Shown: positions 1 through 13,213, numbered from the stretch's first letter. The stretch is 64,000 nt of DNA from Bigelowiella natans CCMP2755 (GCA_000320545.1 ADNK01002594.1:7264-71263); one strand, 5' to 3'. Numbers and translations: made by a program. The notes: generated by a model not told the origin, from the letters alone.

Positions 1-562
1 CACGTGCTAGCGTGTCGTGTGTTCACTCTGCTGGCTAGCTGGACGTCTAGCTAGCTAGGCGTGCCAGCGTGGGCGTGTTGGCGACACATGGCTTCCATGA
101 ACAGGTGAACAGATGAACAAGTGAAGCCATTCCAATCTGCAGCTGATCGAAAGGATCACAAGAGGTTCTAACGTGCCCTTTCTCCAAGCAACAAGATCAC
201 CCAGGAAAACGAAGGGATTCTTGAGGTTTGCGAACATTGAACATTGAGCCATTGAAAGAAGCATTGCTAGATTGATTGATGCAAACTGCATGCGAACAAT
301 CGCCTCTGACATGACTGGTTAAGTCACCTACGAAGGCGTGCCCGACTTCAGAAACTTAGCATTTAGATCAAGTTTCATCGATGAAATCACTGAAAAGTAT
401 TTCGTGTACCTAACAAAAATTGTGATTGAATTTCGTCGGGGTAACATCTTAACTGATAAGAAAACATCCGGCAACATCAGACTCCGATTGAAAGAGGAGG
501 AACCCCCAACCCTAGAATTTTCATTGTGCATCCGAAACGGATCTGAGTCCTCATCTAAAAGT

Positions 563-941
563 ATGGCTGACGCTGGGCTGCAAATTAAGGTTTCCTTTTC
601 TCGCGCATACTGTGAAGCATCCGTGCGCATTCATGCGTTAGAACAAACAGAATAGAAGGCGGTGTCGTTTTCAAATTGCGAGGAATAGTCGATAGCTCTC
701 CCGGAGAGTGTTACCCCCCCTTTATTTCTGCAATGACGCCCTATTTTCCCCCACCTTCTCGGTGTAGAATCTAGACCTGACAACTACCTTCGCAAACAAC
801 AGGTCGATATCTTAAGCAGCGAGGAGAAATGCTCAAAGGCCCTTGCTGGCAATATTTTGAAGGTCAACAACAGCAGCATAGCAGCAGTGTGTGACTATAC
901 ACATATACGAGCATGTACAAATAATTTCCTTTGGTAGTATC

Positions 942-997
<56 letters not shown>

Positions 998-2593
998 TGT
1001 GTGTGTGGAAAACCGTGCTTCGCCCCACTTCCATATTTGTTCATCATCTTGATTTGAGGCATCATATCCCTTATTTTTATGTTTGCTTCCTTACATGTAC
1101 AACAGGCTCATAGTGGGGACATTGAGAAGGCCAGGGTAAGCAGGAAGGGAAAGAGGATAATATCATAGCTAGAGATTACTGCCATCCATTACTCGTGGAA
1201 TTTGATGAAGCAAAAAGCCGATACGCATCCATCTTCGCGCAAGCAGCTCTTATTATATATCAGTGAATAAAATCAACCTTCATTGTATTCTTATTTTAAC
1301 GTGGAAAAATCTTTTGAAGGCGTGGATGAAAGACCCTAAGAACAAAGAGAAAGGTGCACAAAAGAATATCAGAAGACATCTTTTTTTCGGAAAATAGAGT
1401 GAATCATTCAAAAGAATGATATTCTCCGCGAATCTAAAGCAGCACTGCACAATAGAAGCCATAGCAATTTACTTTTATTGTGACTAGAGCTGAATATAGT
1501 TGTTTGGTGTTGAGACAGAAGCCATACAGTAAGGAGAATATGAAAGGCCAAATAACAAATAATGATTGCAATATAATGACGATAAAGAGTACCCATTGCT
1601 CCATATTATTTGCTAATTGTTCTTCTGATTATGGCTCAGTCGCCGCGCTGAAACGTGTGCTGCTCGACATCGGTATGCAATGAAGAACCATCACGAATGA
1701 TATCAATGAATACTTCTAATTTGTGGATGTGAAGAAGAAAGTACTCCTGCCTCATTATGCCCCCCCCCCCCCCCCCCCCCTTCGTTTTTTTGTTTTGGTA
1801 ATCAGGACCATCAATTGCGGAGAAATTAAAAAAGCTGAAAGGAGGGTAGACAAAGAAATTACGGGAAGCTTTCCCACATTAATAAGGGTGTGAATAGGTG
1901 GTGAATAGGGGGGCAGCGGCATATATCTATCTCGCGCAGATGTAGTAACTTCCTTTCTTTGTGATGGTTTTTTTGTTACCGTTTGAGTACGCGCTTTAAC
2001 TTGAATTTTTGAATTAGTTGGAGATATTACGATGAATAGTACCGTTGATAACATCGTCCTCAATAACAGGATGGTAGCAGCTGCTGCAAAGAAAAGCTCG
2101 TCATCGAAACCGTCTTCCTCGCCTACTCCTAGCCAAACAGTACACAGACACACTCACAAACAGCCATGAGAACCACAATACATATTACCCAAGTACATCC
2201 AATATCATCCTCCGATAACTGTCAAAAAGAGTTGAGATTGAATCGAATCTAATCCAACATTCATTACGCGGTGGAAGCTGTGCGAAATAAATACATGTGA
2301 ACAATTATTGTACGCACACACGTACATTCCTTTTAAATGCAAACACGTGTGTGTTTGAGAAAGAGAAAGAGAGAGTCAGAGTTTACACTTACTTAAAAGT
2401 TATTCATTCATATATTGATATGATGCTTACACGTACTTCTTTTTGCTCAAAGTCCGTAGTCCCTCCAGGCGCTATAACCCGGGATGGCCGGTTGCGTATG
2501 AGTGGGAGCTGTGTTAAGTACAACACCAAGAAAGGTAGGTAGGTAGGTAGCGTGCCTTCCATATGTGTTGTTCGGATAGCAATAGGGATGATA

Positions 2594-2625
<32 letters not shown>

Positions 2626-2811
2626 GAAGAAGACGAAAGCAGATATGGTGATGTCATTGTATAATTACACGCATTTGCTGATATCTTTACGGTGTGCGAC
2701 TAAAAATTTATGGGGATCTTTCACACAATAGCGTGCGTGTGTGTGTGTGTGTGTGTGTGTGTTTGATGTGTGTGTGTGTGTGTCATATATTCTGATGACA
2801 CTATTCTCTCC

Positions 2812-2854
<43 letters not shown>

Positions 2855-2855
2855 T

Positions 2856-2889
<34 letters not shown>

Positions 2890-3233
2890 GGCAAACACGG
2901 CAACTTACACCCTATCAGGATGGGGATTTATAAAACCAAAAGGGGGCGGAAAGGACATATTCGTCCACCAGGGAAGTATAAAGGTAGGAAAAGAGCAGGA
3001 GGAGGAGGAGAAGAAAGGAACACTTAATCTTTGATATTTTGTGTTGATTTCCATGCTTCTTCCCCCCTTATCCATCTTTCAAGCGTCTATTCGAATGAGT
3101 GTACTTCTTCAGGGCCGTTGTTAGTTATGTCATTCTCTTTACCTGCTTCCTCGATGGTGCTGAGTAGGTCAAGGGCTGGCGAAGTCTCTTAGTTGGCGAG
3201 GAAGTGGAGTTTGAAGTTGTGGACAAGGATGGG

Positions 3234-3270
<37 letters not shown>

Positions 3271-4577
3271 AGTGTTGTTATAGATTACGTGAGGTTAAGA
3301 CATATATCAGAATGAGAAGCTCAACGAGTAGTTGGGATGGACTTTCTTCCTGGCTTTGCTGTACGTAATCATCCATCTATTGCTATAAATTGACAGGAGA
3401 ACGGAAGCTGTCAATGTAACAGGGCCTGGAGGTTGTAGACATTGCTGTTTTGCTTTGATCCCATCTTGGTCTTTCGTCTTAACTCGTTGCGTCGAGATAC
3501 ACAACTCTCCAGGTCATCTAAGATGATTATTTCCTGCTTCTCCTCCTCCTCCTCCTCCTTCTCCTCTAATAAAAACAGGGAAGGATGTCGTAGGCTCTAA
3601 GAAGCCAGAAGAAGGTAGTGACGTTCGACGTTCCTTCCTCTACTGGAAGGAGTAGAAAGGGTCTCATACTCATCTTTCTTCCAATAAATCGTGTCAAAAG
3701 AACATATTCACCCGCACTTGATCAATGAGTCCGTAAACAAGAGCAATGTCCTTCTCTTTCTCTGTCGTTCTCTTTGGCAGAAAAAGTGGATGATGGAATT
3801 GTGACCGCGAAGGAGATCGATACCAAAAAGCTGGTCAAAGACGATTTACTTGCCGAATTATGTGTCCTTACCGCTGTGTTTGTACCTCCTCCTCTACACA
3901 CGCATTATTTGTTTTTTGTATAGTTATCGATATTGACTTTATTGAAGTAATGAGAAGAATCATCGTCATTATCGTAGTCGTTTTCATGTAAATATTGCCA
4001 TCATCATCATCATCATCCAGCCTGCAGCTACGATGTTCATTCCTCGCGGGATGATGAAGAGAAGACCTCAACCTGGGGGAAAGAAGGCAGGTAGTAGCAA
4101 TACATGTGGTATGATACTGCAACTGCTGCTGCTGTAAAAACGAGAGCGTTTTGTCGGAATGACACGCCCAAAAGCTGCGAGGAAAAATCAATTCTTTTCT
4201 CTTTGGCATTTATTCTATGATTATTCGTACAATTAACTTCGAACACAAAATTCTTCTCAATAGATCCTGAAAGTCTACCTAAAATGCCACAGTATCCTTC
4301 CAACAATTGATATCAGAATTAAAACATCATCATCACCACTTGGTAGGATGGATTCGGCCTGGGATGAAGAAGAAAACAGCGTTGGCAGCGACGACAACAA
4401 CGACGACAGGTGATGATGAGAAAGCAAAAGGATTTTGACATGAGCAACCCTGGCTACAACCACGAATAATACAAACACCACTTTTCGCACAACAAATATG
4501 TAGGTGGGACTTCATCAGTGACAAGTAGTGGTGCTCAGCCGAGCGCAAAGAGGCAGAAGAAGAATCGTTGGGGTTAG
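563..4577 (+). CDS. Cold-shock domain (CSD) nucleic-acid-binding protein, multi-exon; 5' end tentative
   Basis: Exons spliced across ~2460-3615 give RMSGSCVKYNTKK|GWGFIKPKGGGKDIFVHQGSIK|VKGWRSLLVGEEVEFEVVDKDG|RTEAVNVTGPGG, with canonical CSD RNP1 (KGWGFI) and RNP2 (DIFVHQ) motifs. The last exon ends PSAKRQKKNRWG* (TAG 4575-4577). Exons upstream of ~2460 and the ATG at 563 are uncertain. Confidence 0.85.
2732..2888. repeat. Compound intronic microsatellite (TG)n-(TC)n-(CA)n, representative of many in the window
   Basis: Directly visible. Similar (TG/CA), (TA), (GA/TC), (GAT), (GAA), (GGA), (CAG) and poly-C/G tracts occur in most introns, e.g. 945-1006, 8208-8245, 30197-30272, 46746-46819, 54771-54815. 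Confidence 0.95.
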
Positions 4578-5349
4578 CGAGGTGGTTGCCATATCAGAAT
4601 CCGGCCCGTCGAAGTAGATAGACATTGTGTACACGAAGCGACGGGTGGTTCGCATCCATTAGTTGCAATTGCATCCAGCCCATGAACTTGTGCCATAAAA
4701 TGCAGCAGGTTTTCAATTCTTGCCAGGGCCATGTTTGCACAACATGCTTTGTATGCTACATGCCTCGCGCACGCACATGCAACTCTCTTTTGTCAACCAC
4801 ATCTGTAAGACGGATGTAATTAAGCATGATCAATTAAATTTGTTCAATGGTCATCCTTACATCTGTAGCATATATGTCTGGATATATTCATCAAAATAAC
4901 GTGGCTATAGTCTACTCTAGTACTGGAGTATGTGCACCGTTACGCAGAAGCACTGTGTCTGACTATCCATCGATGCATTGGGATCAATGCTTCTAGCTAG
5001 CTAGGCGTGTATACATCTCTAGATCTAGAGATCTATAGACTTCTAGACATGTACACATCACAATAATGAAATCCGCACATTGTTTAGCTACATGTGTGGA
5101 CCTTCATTGATGTGCATATCATGTGCTGTCCTTAATGTCCACATGAAATTTGATGAACGGAGCCCTTGCGCAATGCTAGAGTGGGAGATACGTACAGGCA
5201 GATAAAGCAATTACTAGAATTGGACGTGCAGAAGATGCAGCCATGCGCTACTAGTATGTATAATATCAGCTCTCAGAAGTTACACAGCATGTGTAACATT
5301 TTGATCAGTCCAACTATATTTACATACGATGGACATTATTGAATGCACA

Positions 5350-8202
5350 TCAGTCTGCTGCTCCTTTCATGGTAACTTGAACGTCTGAGATGGCGTGTGT
5401 ATCGTTGCCCTCTGGATTCCCTGAATTCGTGGCCTTTGCTTCTGAAGGATCAATAGCATGTTGCTTCCCGTGACTCCGTTTCTGTGGGACCACGGATGTG
5501 CCCCCCACCTTAGAATCTACTTGGCTAGTTCCTGAAGCAACCCTTACATTTGGCGTCGTGCCTGTTGTCTCTAAGGCAGGTGTATTTTGCCGACTAGAAG
5601 CAAGGTCGCCTCCTGCTACAACATTTTGGACTCGAGCGATGCGTCCCAGCGCACCCTTTCGTTGGATGGCAGAAGTCCTGCGGAACATTTTGTTCCCTCC
5701 TCTATTAATACTTCCAAGTCGGCCTCGAGGAAGATTGTGTCCTGGGGCTCCCGAAACGCTCGCCCTGCTACTAGGTGGTACTGCGGCATTATTCGTTGCT
5801 AACTTAGGAATTTGGGCTCTTGAATTAGGGAAGGCGCTTCTAGCTCGAAATGACATACGCGGCTGGGATGCGCCGACGACATTTTCTCTCTGTATTCCAT
5901 GCCCGCTCGTTGCTGGACTATTATTGTCATTTCTAGATCGATGCTGCGTGTTGATTCGCATAATACTCATGATGTTCTTGCTTATCCCTAAAGCCATGTT
6001 TGACCTGCTTTGCCTCACCACAGTCTCTGTATGCATTTTCTTAATGCGTTCCACGTGCCTTTGCACCTCTCCGGCCTCTGCTTTCATCTCCTTTAGCTCA
6101 ACACCCCTCGCAGCCTTCTTTAGGCTCTTTATCTCAAGCCTTTTTTCCAGACGGGATCCGTGCCTATTGCAGAGTATGGCCACGACCCAGTCGAGGCACA
6201 AGATCGCGCTAAGGACACCTACTAGTGCAGGCCAGTTGCTGAGATCGTTCTCGAAGAAGAACCAACCTAGCAAGACGGTAAGTAGCACCGAGGTTATGTG
6301 TAGCTGCATCTTTGGTAGCCGTATGAGGCGGAGATCCTCCTCCGCGTCGCTGCCTTTGACGTTTGTGTACATGCCGGTAGCGAAGAGCTGCACCATGACA
6401 TAATAGTCGCTGATAAACGCAATCAGTCCAAACACTAGGACAATAGGTATGATTGAGCCGAACACCATCAGCTCGATGAGGGACCCCGCCATCTCAGCGT
6501 ACTCGACATCGAAGTCAACCGTCCTCTCCATTGCAACACCGCAGCCTGTGAGCACAACATGGCTCACCTGCTTTGCGAATAAGACCGTTCCGGGGCGGCC
6601 GAAAGCCCGCAGAGCCCACTTGATAGTGATGAAATCGCCGAAGACGTGGACGATTCGCCTCGAGCAAAAGCCTTGACGATATACTGGCGTGCAGACGTCC
6701 TCCTGGGTGAGAAACGTGCTATAGAAGCTTCCAAAGTCGATTGTGGATGGAGCCCCAATGGCTTGCTTCAGTGAGTCTAAATTGATCAACCTTTGAATGG
6801 TGAACATGCTGCTGTTGAGGCACGCGTCCCACACTGTGAGATAGTACTGGAAGCAGCCCTGATCCAGAATGAGGAGGATAATCACCGGCAACAACGTGCT
6901 GGTGATCTGGTAAATCACGAGCAACCGCGATGACTCCTCTGCGTACCCCGTCGCTTCTGCAAACGTGCGCCCAGCTTTGGGAATTAAGAAAGCATTCGTG
7001 AACACGGAAGCCATTACAACAGCAGTCACCTCGAAATTATTTCGAAGTCTAATCCCCAGGGAGTTTTCGGATGGCAAAGCTGCGCTGATTGTGTAGATGA
7101 TCGAAGGTACGGAGAGTGTCGTGCAGACGCAGATCCACAGAGGTACCAAAAGGAACCATGTCAGCTTTGTGCACCAATGCTTTGTCCTGTTCTTTTTCTG
7201 CCCGATCATCTTTCCCAGTTGCTTTTCGTCCTTGAGGTTTCCAACTGCGGGTAGGGGCATGTTGTCGGTTCCAAATTCTGCCTGTGAATATGATGATGGG
7301 CTTGCTTCCCTCGGTGTGCTCCTGCTTCCGGAAATGCCATCTCTTGCATCCTGAGTACTCCTTGGCATGTTTTTCGCAAAACTAATATTTGCGTGCGACA
7401 AGTGGTCAAGCCGTCTCTGCTGCCTCGGAGTTCTCGGTGGGGAATGAGATCTAGACCTAACAGATCCCGTGATATCATGTTCTGCGTTGTCTTCGTGGTG
7501 GTGGTTGCGGCGGCCAATTCTTTGCATATCTGGGGATGCTGGACTTCGAGGTGGGGTTCCCTGCTGATTTTCCTGTGCTGCTGTTGATGCTACCTTTTTG
7601 TTATCCCCTTCATGACCCTCAATCTGCTTGCGGTATGAGGCTACCATTTCCGTTGCGTAGTGGGAAGGTATACCAGTCGTTTCTACTGCGAGGACTTCAT
7701 GAGCGATACGCCTCACGTTTCTGTTGTGGAGGGCACGGCGTTTGGAGTTATCGTGTGTGCGGATCATGCGGAGATGAAAGATAGCGGTGCATCCAATCGC
7801 CGAAAGTGCGTAGACAACAAGGCAGCCGATGGCAGCTTTCTCTGCCTCTTCAGAATCGAGATAGGCCAAAGAAGACTTCGTTAAGTCGTTGATACAGTCG
7901 TAGTACTTAGCTCCTTTCTCAAAAATTGGAACAAGGGAAACCAACGCGACGAAGCAGCAAACTGCAATACACAAGATGGCAATTTGGAAGGCACGGAGAA
8001 AGTCTCTGGCATTGTGCGTGAGACCCAGCGCCTTTATTTGGATGATATGGCGAATATTGAAACGGCCCAGGAACCACATAAGGACGGCGTTAATGACGAA
8101 TAGGAAGAACGTGAACAGCGTAATTTCGATGAGCCGGCGGCCTAAAAGTAACATAGTTTCAGCTCACAATCTCATCAAATGTTGTTAAATATATATTGTT
8201 TA

Positions 8203-8248
<46 letters not shown>

Positions 8249-8452
8249 ATATAAGAGGCACCTTCCTGGCCGTCCGAGTATAGTAAGGTGTTATCTCTTG
8301 TCGATGCAAGCACCCAAGACGGGATGGAATCTAGGAGGGAGAAAACAGAGAACCCATTCAAAAGCACGGCCCCGCTGCGACATGAATGAAAAGTCGGAAA
8401 TAATATAGCGTACCTCTCGAAGCGGTCATCAGGTTACCCATCAGTACAGTCC

Positions 8453-8499
<47 letters not shown>

Positions 8500-10803
8500 A
8501 AAAAACTAAGCGGAGAAGTAGTACTATTTTCACTTTCATCCTGTACCCGGTTGCTGTAGCTCCCTGGGGGAGGTCTGGTATTTTGCAGGAAATGCGGTTA
8601 TTGTGTAGAATCAGGTTATCAGCCTCTGAGGACTCCATCCTCTCAGGCAGCGTCCCTTCGCACATATTATCACCACTACCCGTTAACCATAAAAAATGAC
8701 CTAATATGTCAGTTTAGAGACTTACCTTGGATGCTGTTGTCGTGCATGGTGAGAACTCGAAGCGAAGTGAGATTCTGCAGCAGCGTGTCCGCGGTACCTG
8801 ACAGAGTTGGTGACGAAGGTGTTCTCTTGCTGAAAAACCCAATGATTTCTATTTCCGTGCACATTTAACAACGACGGCAGCAACATAGCGCGATGGTGAT
8901 AGCGACCTGAAATCTTATTTTTGTGCAGTGTGAGAGTCTCGAGCTTATTCCTCGGAAGAGTTGGGAGGCTTCCACTGATGGAGTGAAAGGTGGAGAGGGG
9001 GGGGGGGGGGATAAAATTACATCATCAATTAGCACAACGGGGATGAGGAGGACAATTCATGTACCTTATCAGGTTGTTTGCCAGCTGCAGCTCAGATAGC
9101 GCAGTAAGATTTTGGAATGCTTCTGGTAAAGTACCCTGGAAGGTGATATTGGATGGTGACGAATGTTACGTTAATGCTCCTATGGGCAAACAGGGAGGAT
9201 AAAAAATCCCACAACATGAGGACAACGAGAATATCTCTTATACCGAGATCTTATTTGAATCAATGGTGAACGCTTGAAGGAACGCGAGCTTCCCAATCCA
9301 TTTTCCCAATGTCCCTTCGACAGAATTATTTGACATCTAAGTAGAGATGTAATGGAGGGGGTTAGGGCATGATTAAATGAAAATATAAAGATCCAAATTT
9401 AAACAAACACGGCCCCCAAAAGCATTGAGATTGGAGAAATATAAGCTCACCCGAAGAAATTGTAGGCGAGGATAATTCTTGAGAGCACTAACATCGCCAC
9501 TCAACTTGTTGTTATCAAGAAGGAGTCCAAGTAAAACAGGCTCTGAAACTCCCGGAGTAATCTAGGAATTGTTAAGATCGAATATGAGCGTAAAACTAGA
9601 TTCAGAGTGTGTTGATTGTGAGTCGATCACAGTGTCCGCATGTACAAAGCAGGCATGATTATCATCGTGGCTGTCGTTATCTTACTCTTGGTAAGGTCCC
9701 AGAGCATGAGTTATTACTGTTTGAGGAGGAGAAATAGGAAGAATTTTGAGTCGGTGAGGCTTGCAAGCACACATCACACACATGCCTCCATTGCTTCCCC
9801 CCCCCACACACATGCACATGTACACGTGCATTCATTCATCCTTTCCTACCTTAAAGAGAGGAAACTGATGTTTCTGGAGAGTTGGGGAATCGTGCCGGAG
9901 AACCGATTGCTGTGGGCGACCACAAATCCAGTATTCGCATAATATGAACTTACGGTCCCTGAAAGGCAGTTCTGGTATATGACGACGCTCAAGTCGCTTG
10001 AAGTGGTGTTGAACGAGGCTGGCAATGTTCCGCTGATACATAGCGAGTAGAACCACACCATTGTAAATTCGTGTCCAAACAAACAATACAAATCTTTGAG
10101 GATTGATTATCTTGCACCTGATTCTGTTCTGGCTGAGAATCAAAGAACGGATATGCGGTGACCTGACGAAGGACTCCGGGATCGTTCCAGAAATCAAGTT
10201 ATCTTGCACTAGCACCTCTTGCACTAGAAGAGAGACAATTGAAAGTCAGGTGTTACTAAATGATGATGATGATGATGATGATGGTGATTGTTACTAAATC
10301 CCAGATTCTAATAATCTATTCCTGCGTGTTATCGTTCATGAGCAATGACCGTTACTGCATTCGGGCAGGTAACCGGAGATTCGATTTGAGGATGCAGATA
10401 TTGCTGGATAACTGCGTAATGTTGATGACGAGATGCTTGGAGGAGTGCAACTTCCTGCAGGAAGATATCCTATTGGAAAGATAGACAGAGGTTAACACAC
10501 CCATAATTCCACGAGCGTTTCATTGCTCCTGCTAGCTACAGGCAAGGGTGAACGTACCAGATAGTAAGTTGCTGCTGAGGTCGTAATTGAAAGGGATGCT
10601 TTCTGGAATATACCCGGAAAGGCTATTCTGATCCAATTGAATATTCAATACCGACGAAGTTGCTGTGAACTGTGGAACTGTCCCGCTAATTAGCAGATCA
10701 AAAGATTAGGGGCGCACAGATGAATATTTAATCGTATAGGATTCAGTGTATGTGTATAATATCCTATTGAGGTACTTATTATCTCTCTCTATCTCTCTCT
10801 CTC

Positions 10804-10840
<37 letters not shown>

Positions 10841-12515
10841 ATTATTATTTTTTCTATTTTTTTATTTTTATTTTATTTTTTATTTATTTTTATTCTATGT
10901 GGGTGTGTGTGTGTGTACTCTAATGCTTTCTTTCACCTCAAGCTGCAATTTCGGATGTTTAGTTCCATCAGAGTTGGCATGGTGGCATAGCAGCTCGGGA
11001 TCGTCCCCTCCAAACTTGAGTTTGCAAGTAATAGAGACGTCAGTCTCGTCTGGCAAATGGAGGTTGGAAGCGGTCCTGCATAACGACGGATGAACAAACG
11101 AATGTCTTAAAATGAAGTTTTTTAGAGAAATTCCTTATTTTAATATCCCTTCCCCCCCCCCCCCTTTTTATTGCGAAGTCCGGAGATACACATCCAAACA
11201 CGTTCCCACCTGATATCCCTCGGTTGTTTTGCAAGCTGAGCTGCTGAATCCTTGAAGATGGAGAGAAGTATGGAAGAGACCCGTCGAGATTGTTGTCGTT
11301 TAAGGAAAGAATGTTCGTTCCTGCGAGGTCAATTCCGATGATTTGGAAATTAAGAGAAGTCTACTTGGAGCAGTGTGCGTTGGTGACTATTTAAATCTCT
11401 CTTTTATTCTTCTTCTTTTCTCTTATATACTTTACAAAATAGTAGTACCGTTTGCAAGGTAAAAAGGGATGCTGCCCGATATTGTGTTGTTTTCGAAGCT
11501 AAGCATGGAGGTGAATATATTCATGAGCAAAATGAGGGATCTTCCATTCAACACTACATTTTAATCGTCAAAAGCAATAGTATATGCAACCTGATACTGA
11601 AGGCTTGGAATGACTCCGGGGAAGAAATGTTTGGAAAGGTGCCTGATAACCTGATGATGCCCCACCCCAATAGGGAATATGAGAACCTCATCCATAGAGT
11701 TATAGTAAAGTTGACTTCTGCACCTATTGTGTCTTATAGTAAGCCCAAATGGTGGTGATTCCATCAACCATTGCGGAATGGATCCTGTATGGGGAATTTG
11801 CTTGGTGAGAAAGTAAAAAGCGGAGTAAGTTTATTGCTCTTTTACCAGATATTCGATTGCTTGACAACTCCAGGTCAATTAATTCATCAACTTCTGCATT
11901 CAATACCTAATACATAAATTATTCTCAACATTAGAAAAGATAACCGTAAAATCTATCGCTTATATCCGCGTTCCATACCTCGGGCAAAGTGCCGGAGAAG
12001 CTGTTGCTTGTGAAACTGACAGCAGCTTGGGAGCCTAGCGGCGCAAAATAGCCTTCGGGTATCGTTCCACTTAATTTGTTATCTCTTAGACTTATTATAA
12101 GGGTGCTATTTCGCCCTGAGGGCACGGGCAGTGTGCCTGAGATCCGATTTTCCCACATATTATACCTGATCAAGGCCGGCATCTGAAGGGAGAAGAGGCA
12201 TGCTGGTAGATGCCCTTCAAGTCCCCAGTTTTGAACATTCAACTCCTCGACTTGGCAGTGGAAGTTGCAAGCGATGCCCTGCCAAGCAGCAGAGTATTGT
12301 CCGCTACAAGGGCACCCAACATCCCAGTTGTTGGTTGCCGCGGTTGTCCACTGAGGCCCGTTGGTAGAGTTCCACAACTCCATGAGGCAAGGCTTTTCTT
12401 GAATACATGAGGTTGAACATAGGGGGGACCAAGGGGTGGGTGATGGCGTGCTTGGGCTGGAACCCACGACCGCGATGGTAATCATGAACAACAGCGAGCA
12501 CGGATTTGCCACCAT
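5350..12515 (-). CDS. Signal peptide + plant-type LRR ectodomain + ~11-pass membrane domain + long disordered C-tail (putative receptor-channel)
   Basis: Exon 1 (from 12515) has a signal peptide (MVANPCSLLFMITIAVVG), an LRRNT-like cap (CLMELWNSTNGPQW...W...PC...WQGIAC) and LxxNxLSGTIP repeats. Many small LRR exons follow to ~8550. In-frame linker exons (...ATATG|TVLMGNLMTASR|DSIPSWVLASTRDNTLLYSDGQE|GRRLIE...) join the intronless terminal exon ~8141-5350, which has ~11 hydrophobic segments. Confidence 0.85.
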
Positions 12516-12626
12516 CGTTAATCTGTGTTTTCAGGGGTCACTTTCTCGTTCCTTCTTCCAAATTTGGACAAGAGGTATAAGGTAAGCTGGATAGGTCAAT
12601 AACTTCCTGAGCCACCTAGATACAAC

Positions 12627-12661
<35 letters not shown>

Positions 12662-13213
12662 GGAGAACCAATTGCCACCCTCCGTGGCTGAATGAACCTG
12701 TAAGTTCTCTAGAGTTGGACAAGAGCCGTTTCGATGTGGAAAACAAACCGTATATGTTGAACAAATAAAGGCCATCTTCACATCGCGACAACATTTCAGC
12801 TGCAAAGGAGGAAAAAAAGACCGGGATCTCCGCGGAACAGGAAAAAATGCTATAAACCGCCTGCATTTTTGTGATTTTTAAGCGTCTATTCCGTTCCGAG
12901 ACAGGAATACCAAAGATTATTACCGGTAGTTCCTTCAACTGCTCCCCCCCTCCACGTTTTGATGCGAACGGAGCTCTGAGCAATGTTTGTGCTGCTGCTG
13001 ATGATCGTCCTATTTGGTGATATGAGTTTAATTTTTACTGACTTATCTCTTTCGTTGAGGGGGCGAGGGGCTAGGGGGCACGCGGTCTCTGTCTGAGATG
13101 TCTTTGCCATTCAAAGAAATTTCGGAAGTAAACAAGTTTGAAATAATCTTTTAAAGTAATAGCTTCAATTTTGATTTACGTACGTATTACGCAATGCCAA
13201 GGGCTGGAGATAA

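Noticed and set aside
5498-6403. 301-aa ORF on the + strand
   Set aside because: Antisense shadow of the long minus-strand terminal exon, with no independent protein features.
12531-13110. Minus-strand ORFs upstream of the LRR gene as extra coding exons
   Set aside because: The ATG at 12515 is followed directly by a signal peptide, and the upstream ORFs are low-complexity UTR or promoter sequence.
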